Below are positions 56,742-64,000 of a stretch of DNA of 64,000 bases, one piece after another. A program made the position numbers and the translations under genes. This stretch comes from an uncultured delta proteobacterium (GTDB lineage: Bacteria > Desulfobacterota > Desulfobaccia > Desulfobaccales > 0-14-0-80-60-11). How positions within the stretch are numbered: position 1 is the stretch's first letter; every line of letters begins with the position of its first letter. The DNA lies in contig CAWETI010000003.1 of NCBI GenBank assembly GCA_963812015.1, positions 1,888,001 to 1,952,000 of the forward strand. Direction: 5' to 3'. The notes under the pieces were generated by a model. That model was given only the letters and a program-made list of their open reading frames with translations, was not told the origin of the DNA and made no database searches.

Positions 56742-56770
56742 TATAACCCTAAAAGGCAGGAAAATCGGCG
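56742..56770 (-). promoter_or_regulatory. Shared motif CGCCGR-N15-GGGTTWWA, copy 3
   Basis: CGCCGA-N15-GGGTTATA. Confidence 0.5.
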
Positions 56771-56908
56771 GCTGGCAAGGAGTTTTTGGGGGGCCATGGT
56801 CTTGCGAGAATGGAAGTGGCTTCGTTCAGCGCCGACTGTTAATAAGATAATCCCCGGCAGAAAAGACATGGGACCGACAGCTTTTTCCAGGTCGAGAGAA
56901 CCAGTTTG

Positions 56909-56965
56909 TTGAAACTTGCGGAGCTATGAAATATACTTAAATAATCTAATTATTAGAAAGGCTAA
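56909..56965 (+). promoter_or_regulatory. Sigma70 promoter and tandem MarR operator
   Basis: TTGAAA-N17-TATACT, then TTAA-N5-CTAA and TTAG-N5-CTAA. Confidence 0.65.
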
Positions 56966-56967
56966 CT

Positions 56968-57432
56968 ATGCTCGCCTCGCCAGATGAGTGCGCTCGACAA
57001 GTATTGGAAGCCGTTCCCATGGTGATGCGCGCCATCCGCACCGAGATGCGGAGCCATCGGGGCTCTGATCTGTCGGTGCCCCAGTTTCGGGTCCTGGTTT
57101 TTTTGAATCGCCATGAGGGTGCATCCCTGTCGGATATTGCGGAGCATCTGGGGCTCACCTTGCCCTCGATGTCCAAGATGATAGATGGCTTGGTAGCCCG
57201 AAATCTGGTGACACGCCAAATGGATCTCAAAGACCGTCGTCGTGTGACCCTGGTTCTGACTGCTCTTGGGCGGAGAGAGATGCAATCGGCCTATGAGGCC
57301 AGCGAGTCTCGCCTGGCCGAGCGCTTGGCGGTCCTCACGGCCTCCGACCGCCGCACCATCATCAAGGCGATGCAGGTGTTGGAATCGATCTTTAGGTCCA
57401 GCCGAGAGGCAAAAACTACACAAGGAAAGTAA
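56968..57432 (+). CDS. MarR family regulator
   Basis: LSVPQFRVL...LSDIAEHLGLT...DRR wHTH. Confidence 0.92.
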   Translation: MLASPDECARQVLEAVPMVMRAIRTEMRSHRGSDLSVPQFRVLVFLNRHEGASLSDIAEHLGLTLPSMSKMIDGLVARNLVTRQMDLKDRRRVTLVLTALGRREMQSAYEASESRLAERLAVLTASDRRTIIKAMQVLESIFRSSREAKTTQGK

Positions 57433-57436
57433 CTGC

Positions 57437-58231
57437 ATGCATATTCTGGAAACGAAGGCACTCACCCGCTGCTTTAACGGCCATACCGCGGTGGACGCGC
57501 TGACGATTACCGTAGAGGCCGGGGAGGTGTTCGGTTTACTTGGTCCCAACGGTGCGGGTAAGACCACCACCATCAAGATGCTCACCACCCTCCTGCCACC
57601 GACCTCGGGAACTGCGTCCGTCGCCGGCTTCGACATCGTGCGACAGGCCCGGGAGGTGCGCCGGGTCATCGGCTACGTGCCACAGCTGGTCTCGGCCGAT
57701 GGCAGCCTGACCGGTTATGAGAACCTGTTGATCTTTGCCAAACTTTACGACATCCCGAGGGGCGAGCGCGAATCGCGCCTTGGCGAGGCGCTGGACCTTG
57801 TGGGCCTGGCCGACGCCGCGGACCGCATGGTGCGCGAATATTCAGGTGGGATGATCCGGCGGCTGGAGATCGCCCAGTCCATGTTGCATCGGCCGCGGGT
57901 GCTCTTCCTGGACGAACCTACCGTGGGACTCGATCCAGTAGCGCGCCGGGCTGTCTGGGACCATATCAAGAAATTGCGCGAGTACGGCGCCACCATTCTG
58001 ATGACTACTCACCTCATGGAGGAAGCCGATCACCTGTGCCAACGGGTGGCGATCATGCATCTGGGCCGAGTGGCTGCCATCGGCACGCCCGCGGCTCTCA
58101 AAGCGTCGTTGGGCGGCAACGAGACAACCTTGGATGATGTATTCGTCCACTATGCGGGCGGCGCAGTCGATTCCGGGGGAGGTTACCGTGAAGCATCAAG
58201 AACCAGGCGAACGGCCCAACGGCTGGGCTAG
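57437..58231 (+). CDS. ABC exporter ATPase (DrrA-like)
   Basis: GPNGAGKTT, YSGGM and FLDEPT. Confidence 0.92.
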   Translation: MHILETKALTRCFNGHTAVDALTITVEAGEVFGLLGPNGAGKTTTIKMLTTLLPPTSGTASVAGFDIVRQAREVRRVIGYVPQLVSADGSLTGYENLLIFAKLYDIPRGERESRLGEALDLVGLADAADRMVREYSGGMIRRLEIAQSMLHRPRVLFLDEPTVGLDPVARRAVWDHIKKLREYGATILMTTHLMEEADHLCQRVAIMHLGRVAAIGTPAALKASLGGNETTLDDVFVHYAGGAVDSGGGYREASRTRRTAQRLG

Positions 58232-59039
58232 GCGGCTTCTGCGGCACATGACAGCTCCACTGAAACGGATCACCGGGTTCGTAAGTAAGACGCTGGTCAT
58301 TGCCGAGTTGGAATTGCGCAAAATTCGCCACGATCCCACCGAACTGCTCACCCGCGCCGTACAGCCGGCACTGTGGCTGCTGGTGTTTGGGCAAGTTTTG
58401 GGCAGGACCCGGGCCATCCCCACCGGCGGCCTGCCTTACCTGGACTTTATGGCCCCCGGCATCCTCGCCCAGAGTGTCCTGTTCATCGCCATCTTCCACG
58501 GCATCGCCATCATCTGGGAGCGTGACCTGGGACTCGTCCATAAACTCCTGGCCAGCCCAACTCCGCGCCCGGCGCTGGTGCTGGGCAAGGGAATTTCCGC
58601 GGGTGTCCGGGCCCTGTCGCAGGTGGCTATCGTTTATGGGCTAGCGCTGCTGCTGGGTGTCAAGATCAACTGGCATCCCCTGGCACTGCTAGGGGTGCTG
58701 AGTGTCGCGATCCTGGGGGCGTCGTGTTTTTCCACCCTCTCCCTGATCATTGCCTGCGTGGTCAAGACCCGGGAACGCTTCATGGGCATTGGCCAGGTCT
58801 TGACGATGCCCTTGTTCTTTGCGAGCAACGCGATTTACCCGATCTCCATCATGCCAGATTGGCTAAAGGTGATCTCTCACCTCAATCCGTTGACGTACGA
58901 AGTGGACGCGCTGCGAGCTTTGATGCTGACCGGGGGAACGAGCGTTTTTGGCATAGGGCCGGATATGGGTATATTGTTGATGGTCACGGCGCTTCTGGTC
59001 ATAATTGGCGGGTGGATGTATCCACGGATCGCGATTTAA
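58188..59039 (+). CDS. ABC-2 type permease (DrrB-like)
   Basis: GTG after GGGGGAGG; YLDFMAPGIL, MPLFFAS and NPLTY. Confidence 0.9.
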   Translation: MKHQEPGERPNGWARRLLRHMTAPLKRITGFVSKTLVIAELELRKIRHDPTELLTRAVQPALWLLVFGQVLGRTRAIPTGGLPYLDFMAPGILAQSVLFIAIFHGIAIIWERDLGLVHKLLASPTPRPALVLGKGISAGVRALSQVAIVYGLALLLGVKINWHPLALLGVLSVAILGASCFSTLSLIIACVVKTRERFMGIGQVLTMPLFFASNAIYPISIMPDWLKVISHLNPLTYEVDALRALMLTGGTSVFGIGPDMGILLMVTALLVIIGGWMYPRIAI

Positions 59040-59148
59040 ACCGTACGGATATGGCAATCCTCAAGGTATTTTTCGCAGGGCGCATACAGGTGCGACCTTA
59101 CATATGGTCCTTTCTCCTTCGATTGCAACCTGATATAAGCAGAAGTCC

Positions 59149-60639
59149 ATGAATGAGCAGAAAGATAGCGTGAGCAGCATCCACAAAGAGGCGATTGCGG
59201 TCCCGGCCGGCGGGGAGACCGCGGACAAGTGGACCGTCATGGGGATTATGGCCTTCGGCCTCTTTATGGCGACCCTGGACGCCAGCATTGTGAATATCTC
59301 CTTGCCGAAAATCAGTCTCTCTTTTCATATCCCTCTCAGTGGCATGGTGGAATGGGTCATCATTGCATATCTCATCGTTATTGCCAGTCTCCTGCTGACC
59401 TTGGGCCGACTGTTGGATATGGTGGGGCAGAAACTCCTCTGGGTGCTGGGACTCTCCATCTTTACTACGAGTTCCGCCCTGTGCGGGGCGGCTCCGTCGC
59501 TGTTGTTCCTGGTCATCTTTCGGGCCCTGCAGGCAGTGGGGGGCGCGATGATCATGGCTATCAGTCCAGTCATGATCACCCGTGCTTTTCCGGCCACGCA
59601 GCGGGGGCGGGCCTTGGGTATGCTTGGTCTGGTGGTGGCCGCCGGTACGAGCGCCGGTCCCACCGTAGGCGGTCTCATAACCCATGCCTTCACCTGGCGC
59701 TGGATCTTTTACATCAATGTGCCCATCGGCATGATTGGCATCGTTGCGGCACTCCGCCTGCTGACGGAGCCATTGCGTCCGAGCTGGGGCCAGCAGCGAT
59801 TTGACCCCATCGGCGCCATCCTGCTCTCGGGCAGCGTCAGCGGCCTGATGCTGGGTCTGAGCTTCGGCCAAGAAGCAGGGTGGCGTTCCTTCACCATTGT
59901 CGGTCTCTTTGTTGCGGCTTTGGTGCTGCTGGCGGCGTTCATTATCCACGAAAAGCACGTGACACAGCCCATCGTCGATTTCTCTCTCTTCCGCAACCGG
60001 CTGTTCTCCGCGGCGATTGTCAGCAGCTTTCTCTGCTTTCTGTCTCTGTTTGCCGTGATGTTCCTGATGCCCTTCTACCTGGAAGAGCTGCTGGCGCTTC
60101 CGGTCCATCTGGCAGGCCTGCTGATGACGGCGGTACCGCTTACCATCGCGGTGGTGGCCCCGTTAAGCGGCTGGCTCTCCGATCGTTTCGGATCGCGGCT
60201 TCTCAGTTCCTTGGGCCTGGCCATCGTCTGTCTGGGACTCTGGTTTCTCAGCCGATTGACCGCACGGGTGTCACTTTTTGACATTGTCTGGCCGCTGGTG
60301 GTGACCGGCTTCGGGCAAGCGCTTTTCCAACCGCCGAACAATAACGCCATTTTGAGTTCAGTGCCACCGCAGCGCTTAGGGATTGCCTCGGGGTTTCTGT
60401 CCACAGTCCGCGTGCTGGGCCAATCCTCCAGTGTGGCTCTCTCCGGGGCGATTTTTACCTCGCTGGGCGGCGCCCAGGCCGGAGCGGCGCTAAGCCAGAA
60501 ATGGGGCCTTCCCGCCAACCCGTTGGAAACGGTGTTTGTTCATGCCTTCCACATAACTCTGCTCACCTGCATGATCATTGCGAGTATCGGGGTGTTCACT
60601 TCACTCATGCGCGGCCCCCGGGGCAGCAGCTATCGCTAA
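59149..60639 (+). CDS. DHA2 (EmrB/QacA) MFS efflux transporter
   Basis: LDASIVNISLP, GPTVGG and WRWIFYINVPIG. Confidence 0.93.
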   Translation: MNEQKDSVSSIHKEAIAVPAGGETADKWTVMGIMAFGLFMATLDASIVNISLPKISLSFHIPLSGMVEWVIIAYLIVIASLLLTLGRLLDMVGQKLLWVLGLSIFTTSSALCGAAPSLLFLVIFRALQAVGGAMIMAISPVMITRAFPATQRGRALGMLGLVVAAGTSAGPTVGGLITHAFTWRWIFYINVPIGMIGIVAALRLLTEPLRPSWGQQRFDPIGAILLSGSVSGLMLGLSFGQEAGWRSFTIVGLFVAALVLLAAFIIHEKHVTQPIVDFSLFRNRLFSAAIVSSFLCFLSLFAVMFLMPFYLEELLALPVHLAGLLMTAVPLTIAVVAPLSGWLSDRFGSRLLSSLGLAIVCLGLWFLSRLTARVSLFDIVWPLVVTGFGQALFQPPNNNAILSSVPPQRLGIASGFLSTVRVLGQSSSVALSGAIFTSLGGAQAGAALSQKWGLPANPLETVFVHAFHITLLTCMIIASIGVFTSLMRGPRGSSYR

Positions 60640-60665
60640 CCGCGGCTACGCGAGGGAGAAATTTT

Positions 60666-61610
60666 ATGGGAACCGGCAAAAAGATCTTGGTTGCAGTGGA
60701 CGGATCTTCTTACTCACTCCATGCCATCAAATATGTGGCCACCCTGTGCTCCGGCTCTCCGGTGGAAGTGAGTCTTCTCCATGTTCTACCCATGGCCTCG
60801 GAGGAACTGCTCCGGCAGATAAGCCTGGACGAAGACTTCAAGTCGAAGATTAAAGAGCAATACGAGCGGTTCAACGACGAGTGCCAGCGTGCGGCTCAGA
60901 AATTCTTGGACCAGGCCAAAGAGATCTTGATCAACTCCGGCTATGTTCCGGACTTTACCATGACCATGCTGCGGCAGTGGCAATCCGGGATTGCCCGGGA
61001 TATCATGGCCGAAGCGAAAAAGGGTTATGATGCCGTGGTCATCGGCAGAAGGGGGATAGGGAGGGTCGAAAGCCTGATGCTGGGAAGTGTCTCGGCCCAG
61101 ATCGTGCAGGGAGTTGATTGGATTCCCATTTGGGTCATCGGCGGGGAAATCCTTTCCAGTAAAATGTTGCTGGCCGTGGATGCTTCGCTAAATTCCCGCC
61201 AGGCGGTGATATACGCCGCCCCATATGCGGCGCAAACCGGGGCGGAAGTCATCCTCTTGCACGTGGTGCGCAAATTCTTTCCCGGCTGGAGCCCGTATTT
61301 GACGTCGGCCGGGGAAGCAATCGAGACGGCGCTCAATGAGAACCTGAAAGCAAAGATTCAGGGAATGTTTGATGATTGCACAGGGTGCCTGGAGAAAGCG
61401 GGCGTGGCGCCTGATAAGATCAGAACATTATGCAAGTTCGGGAGCTATAGCCGTGCGGCCGATATCCTCGCGACCGCCAGAGAGGGAAACTACGGCACCG
61501 TTATTATGGGCAGAAGCGGAATATCAGCAGTACGCGAATTCATTATGGGCCGGGTAACCACCAAGGTGCTGAATGCGGCCGAAGGCCTGGCCGTCTGGAT
61601 TGTCCCCTGA
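60666..61610 (+). CDS. Tandem universal stress protein
   Basis: Two USP domains (ILVAVDGS...GRRG...GSVS and LLAVDAS...GRSG...GRVT); GAGGGAG RBS. Confidence 0.92.
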   Translation: MGTGKKILVAVDGSSYSLHAIKYVATLCSGSPVEVSLLHVLPMASEELLRQISLDEDFKSKIKEQYERFNDECQRAAQKFLDQAKEILINSGYVPDFTMTMLRQWQSGIARDIMAEAKKGYDAVVIGRRGIGRVESLMLGSVSAQIVQGVDWIPIWVIGGEILSSKMLLAVDASLNSRQAVIYAAPYAAQTGAEVILLHVVRKFFPGWSPYLTSAGEAIETALNENLKAKIQGMFDDCTGCLEKAGVAPDKIRTLCKFGSYSRAADILATAREGNYGTVIMGRSGISAVREFIMGRVTTKVLNAAEGLAVWIVP

Positions 61611-61769
61611 ACTCCTCGGAGTGCGCTTGGCCATTGCCACCCAGGAGATAAGCAGTTACTTTTGACCAGAGGTTCGAGAAAGTCCAAAAATTGATCAGGG
61701 CGCTCTTAATCATAAGAATTGATAGATGACGGAAAATTTCATAGCAAACATGGGATAATTATTTTTTGT

Positions 61770-61819
61770 TTGACATAAAAATAATTGATTGATACGTTAG
61801 TTTCAAACATATGTTTTAA
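61770..61819 (+). promoter_or_regulatory. Sigma70 promoter and TetR/CecR-type operator
   Basis: TTGACA-N17-TACGTT, then near-palindrome TTCAAACATATGTTTTAA. Confidence 0.7.
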
Positions 61820-61829
61820 TGGCGTTCAT

Positions 61830-62522
61830 TTGACGACTATCCCTGCAGAAATTCCGGCCAGTAACGAAACCCGCCAGCGCCTCTTGGAAGCCGCGGGGGA
61901 AGTCTTTGCCAAGAAAGGCTTTCGCAACACCACCATCCGGGAAATCTGTCGCCGGGCCCGGGCCAATCTCGCTGCGGTGAACTATCACTTCGGCGACAAA
62001 GAACGGTTGTACCTTGCGGTCCTGGTATACGCGCATACCCGGGCCCGGGGAAAATACCCCCTTTTTTCCGGCGATTCCGAAGATATCCCCCCGGCGCTCC
62101 GGCTGCGCGCCTTTATCCATGATCTGATGTTCAGTCTCCTGGACGAAGGGATGCCGGCCTGGTACGGCAAATTAATGGCCCGGGAAATGATTGAACCCAC
62201 CACCGCCTTGGATACCTTGGTGGAAAATATGCTGCGGCCGATGGCGGAGAAGTTGGGGGCCATCGTGCGGGAACTGCTGGGGGCCGGGGTGACTGATGAC
62301 CAGGTGCGCTACTGCCAACTGAGTATTGTCAGCCAATGCCTGCATTATCGCCATGCCCGTCCGGTAATTCAACGCCTGTTTCCCCAACAGAGATATGGAG
62401 CAGCAGATATTCAGGCCCTGGTTGACCACATAAGCCGCTTTTCCTTACTCGCCCTGAAAGGACTGGCGCATGGTGAGGATTACTGCCTTGCCGCGGCGTC
62501 AGACGAGAGACCCCAGCCATGA
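61830..62522 (+). CDS. TetR family regulator with CecR/DUF1956-type C-terminus
   Basis: TIREICRRARANLAAVNYHFGDKE; REMIEPT; TTG start at 61830 is an estimate. Confidence 0.88.
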   Translation: MTTIPAEIPASNETRQRLLEAAGEVFAKKGFRNTTIREICRRARANLAAVNYHFGDKERLYLAVLVYAHTRARGKYPLFSGDSEDIPPALRLRAFIHDLMFSLLDEGMPAWYGKLMAREMIEPTTALDTLVENMLRPMAEKLGAIVRELLGAGVTDDQVRYCQLSIVSQCLHYRHARPVIQRLFPQQRYGAADIQALVDHISRFSLLALKGLAHGEDYCLAAASDERPQP

Positions 62523-63655
62523 GAGGAATCTTGCGAGTTGCCTTCAAGTTGTTGGTCAATGATCGGGGCAAGTTTGCCGCACTGATCGTCGGAGTCACCT
62601 TCGCTGTGTTTCTTATGGTCCAACTGACCTCGGTATTTTCCGGCATCCTGACCAAGGCCTCGGCTACCATCATCAACGTCGGCGCCAGCGTCTGGGTCAT
62701 GGACCCGGCCGTCAATAATCCTCTCAACAGCATCCAGTTGCCTGATTACATTTTGGACGCGGTGCGCAGCATCGACGGCGTCAAATACGCCGTGCCGTTA
62801 TATTCTGGAGTAGCTCTCGTCAAGCTCCATGACGGCTTCTATCAGCCGGCGACCGTCCTCGGACTGGACGACGCTAGCCTGGTGGGCCGGCCCGAACTTA
62901 TCGCCGGGAAAATTGACGACATTTTTGCCGATAATGGCTTTATCGTGGTAAAAGACGAAGAATTTTCCAAATTAGGAAACCCTAAGCTCGGCACAACTTT
63001 TGAGATCAATGACCACCGGGGGGTCGTGGTCGGGATCGCCAAGGTGGCCAGCAGCACCCTGTTCGGCATCCCGACCCTGTACACGACCTTCACCCGGGCT
63101 ATTCAATATATCCCTTCCACACGGTTTACCATTGCCTATATTTTAGTTGAACCGAAAACTGATAAAGACATCCCCTATATCAAGAATCAGGTGGCCAAGG
63201 CCGGCTATTTGGCGCTGACCAATACCGAATTCCGGCAAATAGTCGCCGACTATTACAAATACCAAACCGGCGTCGGCACCAACATTCTCATCATGACCGT
63301 GATCAGTTTCCTGGTGGGCTTATCCGTTTGTGGCCAGACCTTCTATACCTTCGTTTTGGAAAATCTGGATAAATTCGGCGCCCTGAAAGCTATCGGCGCC
63401 AAGGGTTACGAACTCGTCTACATGATCCTCTTTCAAACTTTGCTCACCGGATTCACCGGCTACGGCCTGGGGGTTGGCTTAAGTTCGCTGATGATCGCGA
63501 TCGCCAAAAGACAGATACCGAATTACGCCGCGGATATAACCTATTTCAATCTTGGCATGGCCTTCGTCATGGTGCTCGTCATCTCCGGGGTTTCAAGTTT
63601 CATCGCGGTGCGAAAAGTGATCAAAGTTGAACCTTTCGATATTTTCAGAGGTTAA
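62519..63655 (+). CDS. ABC transporter permease (FtsX/DevC-like)
   Basis: N-terminal TM, periplasmic domain, FGALKAIGA; overlaps the regulator stop (ATGA). Confidence 0.88.
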   Translation: MRGILRVAFKLLVNDRGKFAALIVGVTFAVFLMVQLTSVFSGILTKASATIINVGASVWVMDPAVNNPLNSIQLPDYILDAVRSIDGVKYAVPLYSGVALVKLHDGFYQPATVLGLDDASLVGRPELIAGKIDDIFADNGFIVVKDEEFSKLGNPKLGTTFEINDHRGVVVGIAKVASSTLFGIPTLYTTFTRAIQYIPSTRFTIAYILVEPKTDKDIPYIKNQVAKAGYLALTNTEFRQIVADYYKYQTGVGTNILIMTVISFLVGLSVCGQTFYTFVLENLDKFGALKAIGAKGYELVYMILFQTLLTGFTGYGLGVGLSSLMIAIAKRQIPNYAADITYFNLGMAFVMVLVISGVSSFIAVRKVIKVEPFDIFRG

Positions 63656-63657
63656 GC

Positions 63658-64000
63658 ATGGCCGAGGTAGCGGTGAAAGCCGTCGAACTGGTGAAATGGT
63701 TCGGGGCCGAGGAAATCAGAACCTACGCGGTGCAAGAGGTCAGCTTTGAGGCCAATTTTGGCGAAATGCTCTATATCACCGGCCCATCGGGCAGCGGCAA
63801 GACCACCTTGTTGAGCATGATTTCGGGGATTTTGAGACCTAATTCCGGCACGGTCGTGGTGGACGGGAAAGAAATCTGGAATCTTAGCCCCAACGAACTG
63901 GCCGATTTCAGATTGCATAGCATCGGCTTTGTGTTTCAGGACTACCATCTGTTCCCGAAACTGACCACCGCGGAGAACGTCGCTCTCCCCCTGATCCTCA
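63658..64000 (+). CDS. ABC ATPase (DevA/LolD-like), partial
   Basis: Manual translation MAEVAVKAVEL...GPSGSGKTT...IGFVFQDYHL; runs off the window. Confidence 0.9.
   Translation, partial: MAEVAVKAVELVKWFGAEEIRTYAVQEVSFEANFGEMLYITGPSGSGKTTLLSMISGILRPNSGTVVVDGKEIWNLSPNELADFRLHSIGFVFQDYHLFPKLTTAENVALPLIL

Larger units (their letters stand above)
50200..64000. mobile_element. Putative tRNA-anchored genomic island (no integrase seen; right end not seen)
   Basis: Composition shift after the tRNA, IHF-like site, GAGCACT repeats, pseudogene fragments and accessory cargo. Confidence 0.55.

Noticed and set aside
1..64000. CRISPR array, rRNA, integrase/transposase, phage genes or selenoprotein TGA read-through
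   Set aside because: No regularly spaced repeats, no such protein motifs and no in-frame TGA at a catalytic Cys position seen by eye
56968..64000. Novel system among the MarR/ABC/MFS/USP/TetR genes
   Set aside because: Ordinary efflux and stress cargo with typical autoregulatory operators

Overview
GC-rich chromosomal window from an anaerobic deltaproteobacterium (gene content and repeat types suggest Desulfobacterota, plausibly Desulfobaccales; this is inference). Bases 1-50,200 are mostly core genome: purL, rsmB, DUF116-fmt-def, asnS-surA-mfd, a minimal SufCB/SMS Fe-S system, a RACo-type ASKHA protein, a large CoA-activase, scpB, priA and tRNA-Arg(ACG). Accessory signalling loci are interspersed. 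After the tRNA is a mosaic island with an att-like junction, pseudogene fragments, two AT-rich CPR-like genes, a hyaluronan-synthase-like GT2, and MarR/TetR efflux operons. Main findings: (1) an orphan single-ORF fusion of the RNA-binding regulator CsrA to its own antagonist FliW, with a sigma54 promoter and a CsrA-site hairpin in its leader; (2) two paralogous Cache-HAMP class III cyclases with a Cya2-like guanylate-type Glu and PilZ-like tails, flanking a solute-binding protein that has no transporter; (3) about 3.5 kb away, a cNMP-type GAF-PAS sigma54 activator with its own enhancer repeats and a PDE-like HD target gene, possibly a cGMP circuit; (4) a shared bipartite promoter motif upstream of three periplasmic-protein genes. 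All calls are from reading the sequence and recalled motifs; no searches were run.
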